Positions 1 through 12,937 are shown, counted from the stretch's first letter. The stretch is DNA of 64,000 nt from Octopus sinensis (GCF_006345805.1 NC_042998.1:167214001-167278000), one strand, 5' to 3'. Notes: a model not told the origin generated them from the letters alone. Translations and numbers: made by a program.

Positions 1-316
1 TGGAATGTGTTAACCCACCTTCCATATTCACTAGATATTGCTCCTTCGGATTTCCACTTATTTAGGTCTCTGCAGAATAGTCTTAATGGTAAAAATTTCA
101 ATTCCTTGGATGACGTAAAAAGATACCTTGATGAATTCTTTACCATGAAACCACCTCAATTCTGAGAAGAGGGTATTTTCAATTTAAAGGAAAGATAGAG
201 ACGCATTGTGCAACAAAATGGTTCATATTTGGTTGATTAAAAATGTAATGGCAAGTATTTATTGACCGTTTTTCTTTCCTTTAAAAATCGGCACGAACTT
301 TCCGGACAACCCAATA
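1..316 (+). mobile_element. Mariner (DD34D) transposon 3' end: decayed transposase C-terminus plus terminal inverted repeat
   Basis: Frame 1 reads WNVLTHLPYSLDIAPSDFHLFRSLQNSLNGKNF...F*EEGIFNLKER*RRIVQQNGSYLVD*, matching the mariner HPPYSPDLAPSDYHLF motif with two internal stops. A TIR-like end aaaaatcggcacgaactttccggacaacccaaTA lies at 283-316. Confidence 0.9.
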
Positions 317-1099
317 TTTTCTCCTGTTTGGCTTAATGCTACGTAGAGAAAAGCTTATGCGTGATCAATACCAAGAAACTCGCTGTACAGACTGACAACG
401 AATGATTCAAAATCTAGTCTGAAGGACCTTTTTATTGCAATACAGTGTCAAAATAATTCTTCCAGAAATACATCAACTGCTGAATATGTGGCGGTGACAA
501 AGTAACATTTAATCACGTTGTTTTTAACTGCTTACCCTTAGTAAAAAGAGATACATATATAGGTACCACAGTGTTGGGAATTATATATATACTGGAATTA
601 TGCTAACATTACGAAACATCAACTGAAAAAAGTGTAGTATAAATACACATTGGAAAATACCAGAGTATATCGAAGTGAAATTTCTCAAGGATAAGCTAAT
701 CTATACAGAGAAATAGATCGAGTCTTATCGACCATCTATTGTCGTTAAGGTCCACTAGAAAAACACTTATTTCCTAAATCGTAATTTCAGTCTCAAATGT
801 TGATAGTGTATTTCTAACCAAAATAAAGAGGAGCCAAATATAGATCTAAAAATCTACAAATAAAGATAAACATGAAGTGAGAAGTGAAAACAGAAACAAT
901 CGTTATATTGATATGACTCTGGTAAGTCGCTAGTTTTGAGTATAACTGAAGACAAGCAGACAAGCACGTAGCCGAAACTTCAAATATTGTGTTTATATTA
1001 CGTAATATGCTTTAAATACAATAGAAAATGTTAAAAAAATGCGAAACAGTACGCAGAGTTCGTTAATGCAGTAAAATTACTCAATAGAATAAGACTATG

Positions 1100-1297
1100 T
1101 GCACGAGACCTGAAATTTTGGGGAAGGAGTCTTATCGATTACATCAACCCAGGTGTTCAACAAGAATTTATTTCATTGACCACGAAAGGAGGAAAAGCAA
1201 ACTTACCCTCGGTGGAGTTTGAACGTAGTAGAATGCAAAGACGAACGAAATGCCGCTAAACATTTTGTCCTACGTGCTATCGATTCCGCCAGCTCGC
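1100..1297 (-). mobile_element. SINE family A, degraded copy
   Basis: Reverse complement resembles the ggcgagctggcagaatcgttagcacg... SINE at 2262, 13077, 38053 and 63611. Confidence 0.75.
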
Positions 1298-1626
1298 TTT
1301 TTTTTTTTTTCTAAAACTGCTATGCTGAAAGACATATCAACGCCCCGACAGGAAATCAAACACCCGACATTTTTTTCAAGAAACCAACGTCGGAACCAAT
1401 AGGCCAAGCGATTTCACCGAATAGTAATAATCTTTCCTACTGTAGGCAAAAGGCCTGAAATGTTGAAGGGAGAAAGCAAGTCAATTACCTCGCTCCCAGC
1501 ACTTACTTTAGTGACCCTTAAAGAACGAAAAGGAAAAGAAATTGAACAAGGAACCTAAAGTCGAAAGAAATACTGCGAAGCATTTTGTAGGGCGTTCTAA
1601 CGCATCTGCTAGCTTGCAACCTCAAT

Positions 1627-1655
1627 AATGATGATGATGATGATGATGATGATGA

Positions 1656-1700
<45 letters not shown>

Positions 1701-1712
1701 GGTGGTGATGAT
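1627..1712. repeat. (GAT)n/(GGT)n microsatellite
   Basis: Directly visible; it produces the poly-M/poly-V start of ORF 1657. Confidence 0.95.
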
Positions 1713-1739
1713 GATCTTGATAGTTCGATTATTATTATT

Positions 1740-3400
1740 AAGAAATATCAAGACAGAATTACAAGGAGGAAAGAAACAAAGGAATATTGTCATAAGAACG
1801 GATGATGTGAAAGAACAAGTGGGTAAAGTGCCTAACTGGAAAGCCCCCGGACCCGATGAGATTCATGGCTTCTGGCTGAAGGGATGCCACACGGTGCATG
1901 AAAGACTAGCAGCCCAATTGAATGAGTGTGTCCAGAAAGGTATGGTCCCTGCATGGATGGTGACGGGGAGGACAACACTTGTAATGGAAGATGGAAGAGG
2001 AATCTTGTGGGAAACTACTGTCCCATAGCATGCCTAGACATAATCTGAGAGATACTCAGTGGAATATGTACGGCAAAGATACTTTCCTGGCACAGGAAAA
2101 AATACTACCAAGCGAAAAAAAAAAGGATGTAGGAAGAGTTCTAATGGTACCAAGGATCACCTGATCATTGATAAAACAGTTTTAAGGCATAGTAAAAATA
2201 TCATACAAACATGTCTATGGCTTGGATTGACTTTAAGAAGGTATATGATATGGTGCCTCATAGGCGGCGAGCTGGCAGAAACGTTAGCACGCCGGGCGAA
2301 ATGCTTAGCGGTATTTCGTTTGCCGCTACGTTCTGAGTTCAAATTCCGCCGAGGTCGACTTAACCTTTCATCCCTTCGGGGTCGATTAAATAAGTACCAG
2401 TTACGCACTGGGGTCGATGTAATCGACTTAATCCGTTTGTCTGTCCTTGTTTGTCCCCTCTGTGTGTAGCCTTTTGTGGGCAGTAAAGAAATAGATATGG
2501 TGCCTCATTCTTGGATCGTTGAATGCCTGCAGATGTTTGGTGTTGCTGACAACATCACAAATTTTTTAATGCATAGCATGAAAGAGTAGAAAATCAAATT
2601 GTACTCAAGTGATGTGTTCTTTGGAGAATTTAATATTAAAAGGGGAATCTTCTTAGGTGACTCGTTTTCACCGTTACTTTTTATAATTGCACTAGTACCC
2701 ATAAAAATGACACTTAGGAAAGTTAAGATGGGTTACCGATGTGGGAAGAAAGGCCCATCATTGAACCATCTTCTGTTTATAGATGACCTGAAATTGTTTG
2801 AGAAATCTGAAAAACAGATAGATTCCTTAACCAAAAACAGTCCAGAAGTGTGGTAGGGAGATCGGTATGGAATTTGAGATCACCAAATGCTCAGTACTTA
2901 ATACGAAAAGAGGAAAGAAATCAGTCTGCAGAGGATTGCGGTTACTGTCAGGAGAGACCATGGGTGAACCCGACAGTAGTGGGTATGGATATTTAGGGAT
3001 TTTGGAACTGGATGACATTCTACGCAGAGAAATGAAAGTCAATGTCAGCGAGGCGTATTAAAAAAGGGTGAAGATGGTGTTGAAATCCAACCTGAATGCC
3101 AAAAATGTGATTACCGCAATGGATATCTGGTCAGTTGCAGTGGTCAGGTATAGAGTGTCCATCCTCAAATGGACTAAGGAGGAAATATCAACACTAGATA
3201 GAAGGACGAGAAAGTTGATGACGCTGCATGGGGCTCTACACCCTAAAGCAAACGTAAACAGACTGTATACGAAAATAAAGAATGGTAGCAGAGGACTAAT
3301 TAGTATAGACCATTGTATAAGAAGTGAAAAGAGAACACTTGCCAAGTATTTGATAAATAGTGATGAAGACCTGCTGCAAGACCTGTATGAATGAATGTAG
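1740..3400 (+). mobile_element. Non-LTR retrotransposon RT remnant, R4/Dong-like, interrupted by a SINE
   Basis: Frame-disrupted RT motifs: VPNWKAPGPDEIHGFWLK, GCRKSSNGTKDHLIIDK, WIDFKKVYDMVPHSWI (split by the SINE), IKRGIFLGDSFSPLLFIIAL, LNHLLFIDDLKLF, YGYLGILE, LDRRTRKLMTLHGALHPKANVNRLY. Confidence 0.9.
2262..2493 (+). mobile_element. SINE family A, full-length, with 15-bp TSD
   Basis: ggcggcgagctggcagaaacgttagc...B-box-like gagttcaaattcc...cctttcatcccttcggggtcgattaaataagtacc. Exact TSD gatatggtgcctcat at 2247-2261 and 2494-2508. Confidence 0.95.
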
Positions 3401-4367
3401 AGGAATAAGTCTTTTGTGTAGTATACTATCAATAGATAGTATATGGGTAATGATTATAATTCCTGAGCTTATGTATAGATAAGTAGAAAAAGCCTTCAAC
3501 TTTTCCAAGCATATGAAATGAAAGAGAAAATGCAATAGAATAAAATGTTATATGATAAAATGAAATATATTAGAATATTTACATTATTACCTTTACGAAT
3601 ATAACGTCTCACGCTTGAGAATGCTTGTACTTTCATATGCATACATAGATATATATACATACATATATGCACATGCATCACACACTCACATCCGCACACA
3701 CGCACACACACACATACACACGCATATATATGTATGTATCTATATATGTGTGTGTGTGTGCCCTAGTATACATTCATATTTCGCATGTGATATCAACACA
3801 CGAAGGAGCACAAACAAACGTGATCACATGTATAATAACTGAATTCTCACAGATTTCTAAATGAAGAGAAGCATTTACCCTTATTACTGACCTCGGTCCT
3901 AAGCGAGTGAAGCATTTTCTCATAATAAGTAGATACGTCTGTTTATCTGTTTGAGAGTGTTTTGTATGGTTCATTGCTGAAAATTGCTGAATAACTTAGG
4001 TGCGCCCATCATGACAATAGTTATTATCATTATCATTATTGTTGTTGTTGTTGTTGTTTAATATCAAAAAGTAGGAACTTGAAAGCAAATATTTGAGGAT
4101 GTATATACTTAATACACCTTTAGACAAATTTCCCTGTCATTGAAGAATAACAGAATGGGATTAGATTAGGAATGGCCACAGTACATTTTGCCATACTGAG
4201 ATTTGTCTAGTAATATATCTTCCATTAGATATAATTTTGTAATAGTATACATACATACATACATACATACATACATACATACACATGTGTGTGTCTGTAT
4301 ATATATATAGTTAGATAGACAGATAGATAGATTTATACATACATACAAACATATATAAAATGAAAAT

Positions 4368-4415
<48 letters not shown>

Positions 4416-4428
4416 ATATATATATATA

Positions 4429-6100
4429 CTAGCAGAGTTACCCGGTGTTCCCGTGTTACATGCAATTGATGAATTAGACTTTTCTGTTATATTTTCTGTA
4501 ACGAACTGGAATACCTATGTTTCGAATTTCATCAAAATTGCGGATGGGCGTTATATCCCTCTTTACACACCCTAAAAAAATGTAATCGTGCCACATGTAT
4601 CCTATATTACTGATTTTTATGCTCATATTCCAAAATTCCAGTCTTATAGAACCTGTTAAAAGGATTTTGTTCCTGAAAAATGGAGGTCGTGGAGCTCTAA
4701 AATGTGAGAGTTAAGGCCCCTATTGGGGGCGTGTGTCTTAATGTCAAGCAGAGAAGTTGAATTGTTGAGAATTTTTTAAACTTGGGTCTTATATCTATTA
4801 TATCTATTTGCTTGAATTTCGTTGAAATAGGAAATATATGTTCACCTGGTTTGTAAAAAAGAACAAAGCTACAGGAAACCAAAAGACGAATTATCAAAAT
4901 AAGCAGTTAGTTACCCTACCCCAGTCGTTACCACTCCCAATGTAGTATTCCTCACCATCCAGGTGACAGGCACAGCCGTAAGATGCATTACGAATCTATA
5001 GCAATTAGAAGGGCGTGACCCAACTGAAATAAACATTAACAACTGTGTGACGTGAGGGCTAAGGAGAAATGAAAGTTGGAGTTTGCAAATGACCACTATA
5101 CTTATACGTATCTGGACAGAATAAATTTACAATCTATAAATGTCTTTGAATAACCAGTCACTCATCTGGGAAGGCCTTGAAATCAATGTTACCATGTGGG
5201 GACTATGTGTGACCCAGTGATAATAAAAAGACTGAAAGGAGGTCTGCAATCAAATAACTTTATTCAACACTTCGCAGCAGAATCAGCGGAAGCAAAGATG
5301 CTTCTCATTTACTTGACAATTTATGCACCACATTGCAGAAATCACAATCTAAGTGTATGTCAAAACAAACTCTTACTCTGTTGTGTAATATTCATCTTTT
5401 ATGCTCGGGTGATCCTACAACTTCCAAGAGTACAACTGTATTCATCTTTGCTTAGATAAAATGATTAAATTGTGGGTGTTAAGTCCCCATGACGGGATCT
5501 TTCTAACTTGTAAGAAGATGAAATTTTATAAATATTACTTCATTTGTATCTAATATATATGGTTAAAATTTCATCAACAGCAAAAATATATGAATTGTCA
5601 TGGGGGTTATGGCCCTTATGCATAGAATATGATTTCCAAATTTCGTAAAGATCCATTCAGTACCTTTGACCTAGTTTTTGATCATAAAAGAAATGACTAA
5701 AATTTGGGAGTTAAAGCCCCCATTACGGTGTCTTAGGATCCTCATGTGAAGTGGAAACTTTGAGAATACTTCTTGATGTGTGTCAATTACCCTTGGTTGA
5801 AATTTCATCAACATCGAAAATTTATGAATTTTGATGGGGGTTCTGCCCCCTTTAAACTATCTGAAATTCAAACTAAGCATATTGCATTATACACGCTCTT
5901 ATGCATTGAATCTAAGTTTCAAATATCATAAGGATCCATTCAGGAATATTGGTCCATGAAATTGTATGAAACACACGGCATTACTCTTCTCTCTAGGCTT
6001 GGATTTTGTGCTCCAAATTTCCTTATGATCGGTGCAGCAGTTTTCGAATGTATAAGTAACACACGAACACACATAAAGACATTGACTTTGATATAATAGA
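4429..6100 (-). mobile_element. Non-autonomous Helitron with possible degraded helicase remnant
   Basis: On the minus strand: A|TCTATTATATCAAAG... at the 5' end (6100) and a GC-rich subterminal segment then CTAG|T at the 3' end (4429). Internal degenerate repeats lie at ~5470-5850. IITGSHI and SHxxLxVYFSWVT-like remnants at ~5010-5230 weakly resemble PIF1 motifs. Confidence 0.7.
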
Positions 6101-6127
6101 TATGAATGTGCACATGTACATACATGC

Positions 6128-6168
<41 letters not shown>

Positions 6169-6213
6169 GTGTGTGTGTGTGTGTGTGCGTGCGCGCGTGT
6201 GTGTGTGTGTGTA

Positions 6214-6269
<56 letters not shown>

Positions 6270-6319
6270 AAGATAAATTGATAGATACACCTGAGTGAGC
6301 AAACAAAAATATGAGACAC

Positions 6320-6750
6320 AGCCTAGTGGTTTTTTATGTTGATAAGCCTGGTACTTATTCTATTAGTTTCTTCTTGTGAAACCAGTTAGTTATGGGGATG
6401 TAAATAAACGAACAGCAGTTGTGAAGCAGTGATGAGAGCGAAACACAGAAACAAACTCACACACATACACTTACATATATACATACGTATATACATGATT
6501 GATTTCTTTAAGTTTCTGTCTACGAAATCCATATATATATAAATATATATATATACATAGACTTACATATATACATACATATAAATATGACTGATTTCTT
6601 TTAGTTTCTGTCAACAAAATCCACTGACAAGGCTTTGGTTGGTCTGAGGCTATAGCAGAAGACACATGCCAAGTCAACACACAGTGGGACTGAACCCAGG
6701 ACCATGTGTTTTGGAACCAAGTTTGTTACCACACAGCCACACCTGCACCT
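6320..6750 (-). mobile_element. SINE family B with internal (TA)/(CA) microsatellite
   Basis: Reverse complement aggtgcaggtgtggctgtgtggtaac...gggttcagtcccactg... matches the copy at 46062. Confidence 0.8.
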
Positions 6751-6779
6751 ATGTATGTGTATGTGTATGCATGTATATA

Positions 6780-7150
6780 TCTCTCTATATATAAACGGCA
6801 GTTTGTCTGTGTGTGTTTCTGTGTGTCTGTTAGGTTGTACCCTCACCCTGACCACGGCTTTCAACCGATTCTGATGAAACTTGACACACACATAGCCCAA
6901 TGTCATAATTCAAAACTAACGCAGCGAAAATTTTGAAAAGTTCCCCAAGTTCTGAAAAAAATCGATAAATTCGACATGGGGTCGAGAATCAGAAATACAA
7001 ACCACAGACTGTCTAGGGGACGCAACTCGACCTTTTTAACTAAAAAAAAATTTACCATTATTCTTTTTCCATTTTTTGGCTATAACTCTCTAAAAATGCT
7101 TTATAGTTATTTCCCTTACAAACCCGAGCAACGCCGGGCGATACTGCTAG
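6780..7150 (+). mobile_element. Short non-autonomous Helitron
   Basis: A|TCTCTCTATATATAAACGGCAG 5' end, subterminal hairpin CCCG-AGCAACGC-CGGG (7123-7138), CTAG|T 3' end. Inserted between A and T with no TSD. Confidence 0.85.
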
Positions 7151-7526
7151 TGTGTATATATGTGTGTACATATTACATGTACATACGCACCCCACACTAC
7201 CTACACCAACCCCAAAACACTTATAGGGTCCCACCACACCATTCCACGAACCTAAGAGCCACAACATACAATACTATAAAATACAACCCACATAACCAAA
7301 CCAAAACGCTACTACCAAACATCCACCCCAGGAACCAACCATACAACCATAACAAACAACAAATGCACTACGGAGGAAACAACTACCAACACAATACACC
7401 TGAGGAACTAAGACGTAACACTAGGTTCAACAACAGACTCCAGAACAGAGCACCACAAACTCACTCTGACAATTATAACAACATGAGACAGATAAATAAT
7501 AGCTTTGAACATAACTACACCAACCA

Positions 7527-9858
7527 TTTTTTAGACCCCACACACAGGAACAGGGACACACGATGGCAAAGGACAAACAAAAGAAACCTCAGGTAATTAA
7601 GATAATCAATCTCTCAAACAAAGAACTTACACCTAACGAAATAAGCATACTCTCCAAAGGACTTAAATTTACACCCACCCCACAACGTTCTAATTATTAT
7701 GAAATGAAAGATGATATTTCGGAATTTTGAAGAAAACTAAGACTCACCGAGGCATTTCAAGACAAACAAATAGAGGAGGACTCAATAGCTAGAAACAAGA
7801 GCAATTACACCCCCACCAAAGGTAAGAATAAAGCCTTAGACCGCTATTGTGACTACATAACTAATTTCCCGTTTCAATTCATCAAGAAACAAAAACACAG
7901 CCCTAACTTCAACAAAAGAGAATGGAACGACCTCATCAAACTAAGAGAAGACAAAACAATAACAATTAAGGAGGCAGATAAGAGCAACGCGATAGTAATA
8001 ATGAATACAAACAATTATAAAAATTTAGTGCTATCCCTATTAAGAGATGAAACGTATTATGAAAGGGCCCAACAGTATAACCAGCAAAAAATAATGCATA
8101 ACCTTAGGACATTAATCAACACATACCAAGAAGGACTCACGAACAAGGAATATGAATACATCACTAACTTCAAATGCAAATCGAGTTTGTTCTATGGTAT
8201 CCCTAAGGTACACAAAAGCCAAACCATTAGAGAAACGTGCAAAACATCCACCGACACACTCATCAAAATCCCTTCACCAAATGATCTTAAACTAAGACCG
8301 ATAATAGCAGGGCCAGCATGTGAAACTCACCGCCTCAGCAATTTCTTAGACACACTTCTTAAACCTTTCCTAAAACACATCAAAAGCTACGTAAGAGACG
8401 ATATAGATATGCTCAACCACCTCCCTAAAACAGTCAATGAGAAAACCCTTCTAGTATCATTCGACGTAGTTAATCTTTATTCTAACATCCCTCACAACCT
8501 AGGAATTGAAGCAATCACCTTCTGGCTGAATAACTACCCCTTTGAACTCCCAACTCGCATAAACAAAGACCTTATAATAGAAGGACTTAGATTCATTTTA
8601 GAGAACAATTATTTTATTTTTGACAATGATTTCTACAGGCAAAGATCGGGAACAGCGATGGGCACGCGTACTGCACCATCTTTTGCCAACCTAGTGATGG
8701 GATACCTCGAGAAAATACTATACCGGATGACACTCGAGAAATATGGAAACACCTTCGCCACCTATATCCATAACAACTGGAAAAGATACCTCGATGACTG
8801 TTTCATCATCTGGGACAAAGGCATAGAGAAACTTGAGGAATTTAAAATTCTATTAAATGGAATAAATGACAATATACAATTCACGATGGACCACAACGAA
8901 AAAGAATTTCCATTTTTAGACATCCTCATTAAGAAAACCGGCAACAAAATAGAGACAGATATCTACTATAAACCGACAGACTCTAAACAGTACCTACCTT
9001 TGATTCATGCCACCCACGACACACTAGAATGAATGTCCCTTTTTGTTTAGCTAGAAGGATTTGCACCATAATATCAGACACAAACACCCGACACACACGT
9101 CTCCAGGAACTTAGAACCACACTTACAAATAGAAACTATCCACAGCTCCTAATAGACAGTGCAATCCAACGGGTACTTAAATTAAGTATAGAAGACCTGA
9201 GACAAACAAAACCAAAAAAGAAAGAACAATTAAAAACCCTTCCCTACATCTCTACACACAACCCACTCAACAATGAGGCCTTCAACACCATACTACAAAG
9301 CACAGCCCTACTAAAGGGAGACCCAAAGATGAACCGGATCCTCGAAACACACACCATCATTAAAAGTAAACGGCAACCAAAATCCTTGAAAAGGATTTTA
9401 ACCAAGCTACACTGCACTCAACATCAACCACAAAACCAGCAGTTAGAAAATGTGGAAGGCCCAACTGCGGAATCTGTGTCATCTTGAAAGAAGGATCAGA
9501 ATTTATACTGGAACAAGGCCACCAGTTCACCATTAGAACAAACTTCACCTGCGCATCAGAAAACTTAATTTACGTCATAACATGCGCAGGCTGCAATAGG
9601 CAGTATATAGGCCATACAAAAAATAGCTTACGTAACAGGATGGCGGTGCATAAATCACAAATTAGAAACCCTGATTACCGCAAAATACCGGTCAGCGGAC
9701 ACATAGATAGATGTGCTGGAAATGTAAATCCGAAATTTACAACTAACCCGCTCTATAAATTCAGTGACAACGCAACCTTCACACAACGCCAAAATAAAGA
9801 ACTATATTTCATAAAAAAATTTAGACCAAGTTTAAACACCCTGGGCCAGGAATACTAA
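7527..9858 (+). pseudogene. PLE RT-GIY-YIG ORF with one nonsense codon and two frameshifts
   Basis: The RT frame is open from 7515, has TGA at 7728-7730 (EF*RKLRL) and continues into ORF 8001-9032. Frameshifts near 9000 and near 9400 join ORFs 9029-9487 and 9484-9858. Confidence 0.9.
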
Positions 9859-10001
9859 AACAAAAGATAAGTCCTCCGAAAAGGAGAACCAAATTTCACC
9901 ACGGCCGCTACTTCAAACAGACACTCACTCTGACGGAAAAATTCTTTCGTGCAAATCTGACCCTGATACATACGATACAGCTAAGGGTCAGACCCGATTC
10001 T

Positions 10002-10373
10002 GATTGGTCAACAAGTTGATGACGTCTAGCTATGCTAGAATGGACAGGATACAAACAGGGGACAGTCATTAGTCAGAATATTGATGACGTCCTTTTCTGC
10101 TTGAATAGTCACCTAACAAGTACAGACAGGGGGCAGATCTAATGTAGCTATAAGTCGTGATTGGGCAGAATCTGGATGACGTCCCGCTATGCTTGACTAA
10201 CGAAGCGACTGGTCAAGACAGGAAACAAACAAGAGGGAGTTATAATGCAGCGATTGGTCAAAATAATGATGACGTCCCGTTCCACTTGATTAAAGCCACC
10301 TAACGAAACGATTGGTCAAAACATTGATGACGTCACGCTACGCTAGATTGACCACCTAACAGGCATTATAAAA
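10002..10373 (+). promoter_or_regulatory. PLE pLTR promoter: repeated ATTGG-N12-TGACGTC modules followed by TATA box
   Basis: Five modules start near 10002, 10067 (ATTAG variant), 10158, 10252 and 10310. TATAAAA is at 10367-10373 and AG|GTAAAA donor-like site at 10445. Confidence 0.65.
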
Positions 10374-10715
10374 CCGAGCATTTCACAAAAACTCACTAGA
10401 ACCACCCAGCGAACTTCCACCATGGGCCATCACAATTGCTTAAGGTAAAAATGAATTCCTCGCTCTTTCGGAAACATCAATCTTCTGTATTGACCACTTT
10501 CCACCACTTTGATCTGTTTTTTGTATTGAATACGTATCGCCACCGTGGGCCACTGCATCGAACACTTTGAACATATACTTCAAACTATATATCAACTATA
10601 CATGAACTATATATCAACTATACATGAACTCTAAGATGTCTGACTCCGTTGTGTATTATAAATGAATTTCTTGTGTTTGACGACATGAGCTGTCTCTTTA
10701 TATATATAACTTTTT

Positions 10716-10750
10716 TTGATAAGGTTCATTTCAGGAACTGAAACATGTTA
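10716..10750 (+). ncRNA. Degenerate minimal hammerhead ribozyme in PLE pLTR
   Basis: TTGATAA-GGTTC-atttcag-GAACT-GAAAC-ATG-TTA: two mismatches to CUGAUGA, helix II present. Confidence 0.45.
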
Positions 10751-10825
10751 TAATGTATATATAAAAATTAAAAATTGTATAATACAGCAGCATTTTCGAA
10801 CTTCATTTTTTACAAATATATATAT

Positions 10826-10911
<86 letters not shown>

Positions 10912-10989
10912 CATCTACGCATATACATGTATACATATACATCTATACATATACATGTATATATATACATCCATATATATACATGTATG

Positions 10990-11023
<34 letters not shown>

Positions 11024-11952
11024 ATATAATATATATATATATTATATATATATATATATATATACATATATATATACATGTAAATTTAAATTTAAAATAA
11101 TAAGGGTGAATAATTGAATATTAATTTGATTAATATCTATTTAAATCCAGTGGTGTAGCATGTTGAGAAGTCTGAAGTTTCAGAAAAAATATATTACATA
11201 CATATAAGAGGGATGACCTGTAATTGTACATCATTATACTAGAAGAAGATCCTCTATGGTCTTACCATTCCTTTGTCAGTGGTAAGTCCATAGCGGATCT
11301 TCTAGCACAATGGGTGTCCACTTACAGTTCATCCCACTTACAAAATAGTTTCACTTTAATAGTTTCAGTATTAAAGTGAAAACATCTGACATTACAATAG
11401 AGAGATGTTTTTGTTTCACTTTTGATACATAATAATGAAATAGTGGGAAGCTACACACGCACACACATAGACGCAACTACACACTACACACAAAAACCAC
11501 AAAGACAACCTACACATACACGCACACACGTACATAAACACACGCACACACATACTTCACACTGCCAGTCAAACACCTTTCTACTGACCATTCCTCTACG
11601 CGCATGTGAAGAGACACGCAACTACACAAAGGACCACCACTCCTGTTACCATGCTGCTGAATTCTTCCTACAACATTAAACTTATAAACAGCCAAAACCA
11701 CATAAACACCACACACACACACACACATACATGCCATTACGCACAAACACATACACACAGACTTGCGCCCACGCTCATACCCACACATACACGCACATAC
11801 CTCCTTCTTTTACACTCTCCTGTCTTAGAAAGAACTTTTTCTTCACCCATTCCCTTCCGGTCATTTCAAAGTGTAACCGTATGTGAATCGTTGGCGAGAA
11901 TTTTGTTTTTTTTCTCCGTCTTCTTTTTCTATTTGACTTTCCGCTGTCCCCT

Positions 11953-11987
11953 GTTTCTGAAGAAGAGCTTTGCTCGAAACGTAAAAC
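11953..11987 (+). ncRNA. Minimal type I hammerhead ribozyme (PLE pLTR-type)
   Basis: gttt-CTGAAGA-a-GAGC-ttt-GCTC-GAAA-CG-TA-aaac: helix I, intact core, helix II, palindromic ACGT helix III, GUA cleavage triplet. Confidence 0.75.
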
Positions 11988-12897
11988 CACTTTTCTTTCC
12001 TTCACTGAGCATCTATTAATACTTTGCGTGTACCACGTCCTTGCGTTGTTGTTTTTGTGTTTTTTCTTCATTTTTCTGGGTTTACTAAATATAGCATACA
12101 TATATATACTTTGATATCTAATTCAGACTTCGCATCTATATCTTCGAGTCCTATGGAACCGACCATCAGACAGAAATAAATTTTTGAAACAATATATGTC
12201 ATAGATGGCCCACTGAATATTATTTGGCAAATAATCAAGTAATTATTTATAGCTGATACTACAATTTGTTTCGGAGTCAAATAGTTTTAATATGTAATTC
12301 TTATTTATTAGTTTTAAAAAAAGTGTTCATTAGTATTTTAAACGCGAGCATGTGGAAATAAATAAGAAAAAGCATTAGAAAAAAATGAAATAGTTTTAAT
12401 TATGAACTATGAATTTAAGAATAAAAGTGAAATACATATATTTTTCATTTACAAAATATTATTTTCCAGTGTTAATGAATAACAATTTACATTTTTTTCA
12501 CACCAGAAAAATATGCAATATCTTCATTAACGAATCATTTTTAAATATGGTGTCTTCTGAAGACAGCATTTCATATACGAATATTTGTTTTCATATCCAT
12601 CCACCCATCTTCTCGCACTATTCAATGGAGTGTCGAGAGGGTAGAGTCTTCAGGCATCTCCTCTATAATGTGCTATCAGAAGCAATTGTCGTTACACTTT
12701 CCAGCCGGGTTCCTAAGCAGGGCCAATTGAGATTATGCATATTATTCAACTCGTTCTTGGTCTACCCCTAAGTCTCCTACGGGTTGACTCGGCTTCAAGA
12801 ATCAGTGTTGTCATTCTTTCCTACGATATTCTAGTCCTAGATGGCAGGTGAATATATTGAGTAATACACACAAATACACACATATATCTTAAGGGAG

Positions 12898-12937
<40 letters not shown>

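Larger units (their letters stand above)
7180..10800 (+). mobile_element. Penelope-like retroelement (Neptune-type), 5'-truncated, with 3' pLTR
   Basis: IINLSNKELTPNEISILSKGLKFTPTP; RT motifs LRPIIAG, LVSFDVVNLYSNIP, GTAMGTRTAPSFANLVMG, WKRYLDDCFIIW, FPFLDILI, IYYKPTD; Cys linker CGRPNCGIC; GIY-YIG FTCASENLIYVITCAGCNRQYIGHT. Flanked by microsatellites. Confidence 0.95.

Noticed and set aside
6976-7180. ATG and N-terminus of the 206-aa ORF
   Set aside because: Lies inside an unrelated Helitron and microsatellite; only the part after ~7180 is plausibly PLE-derived.
10002-10340. Repeat-spacer-like pattern resembling a CRISPR array
   Set aside because: The repeats are degenerate with irregular spacing, the context is eukaryotic and there are no cas genes. 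Better explained as a promoter array.
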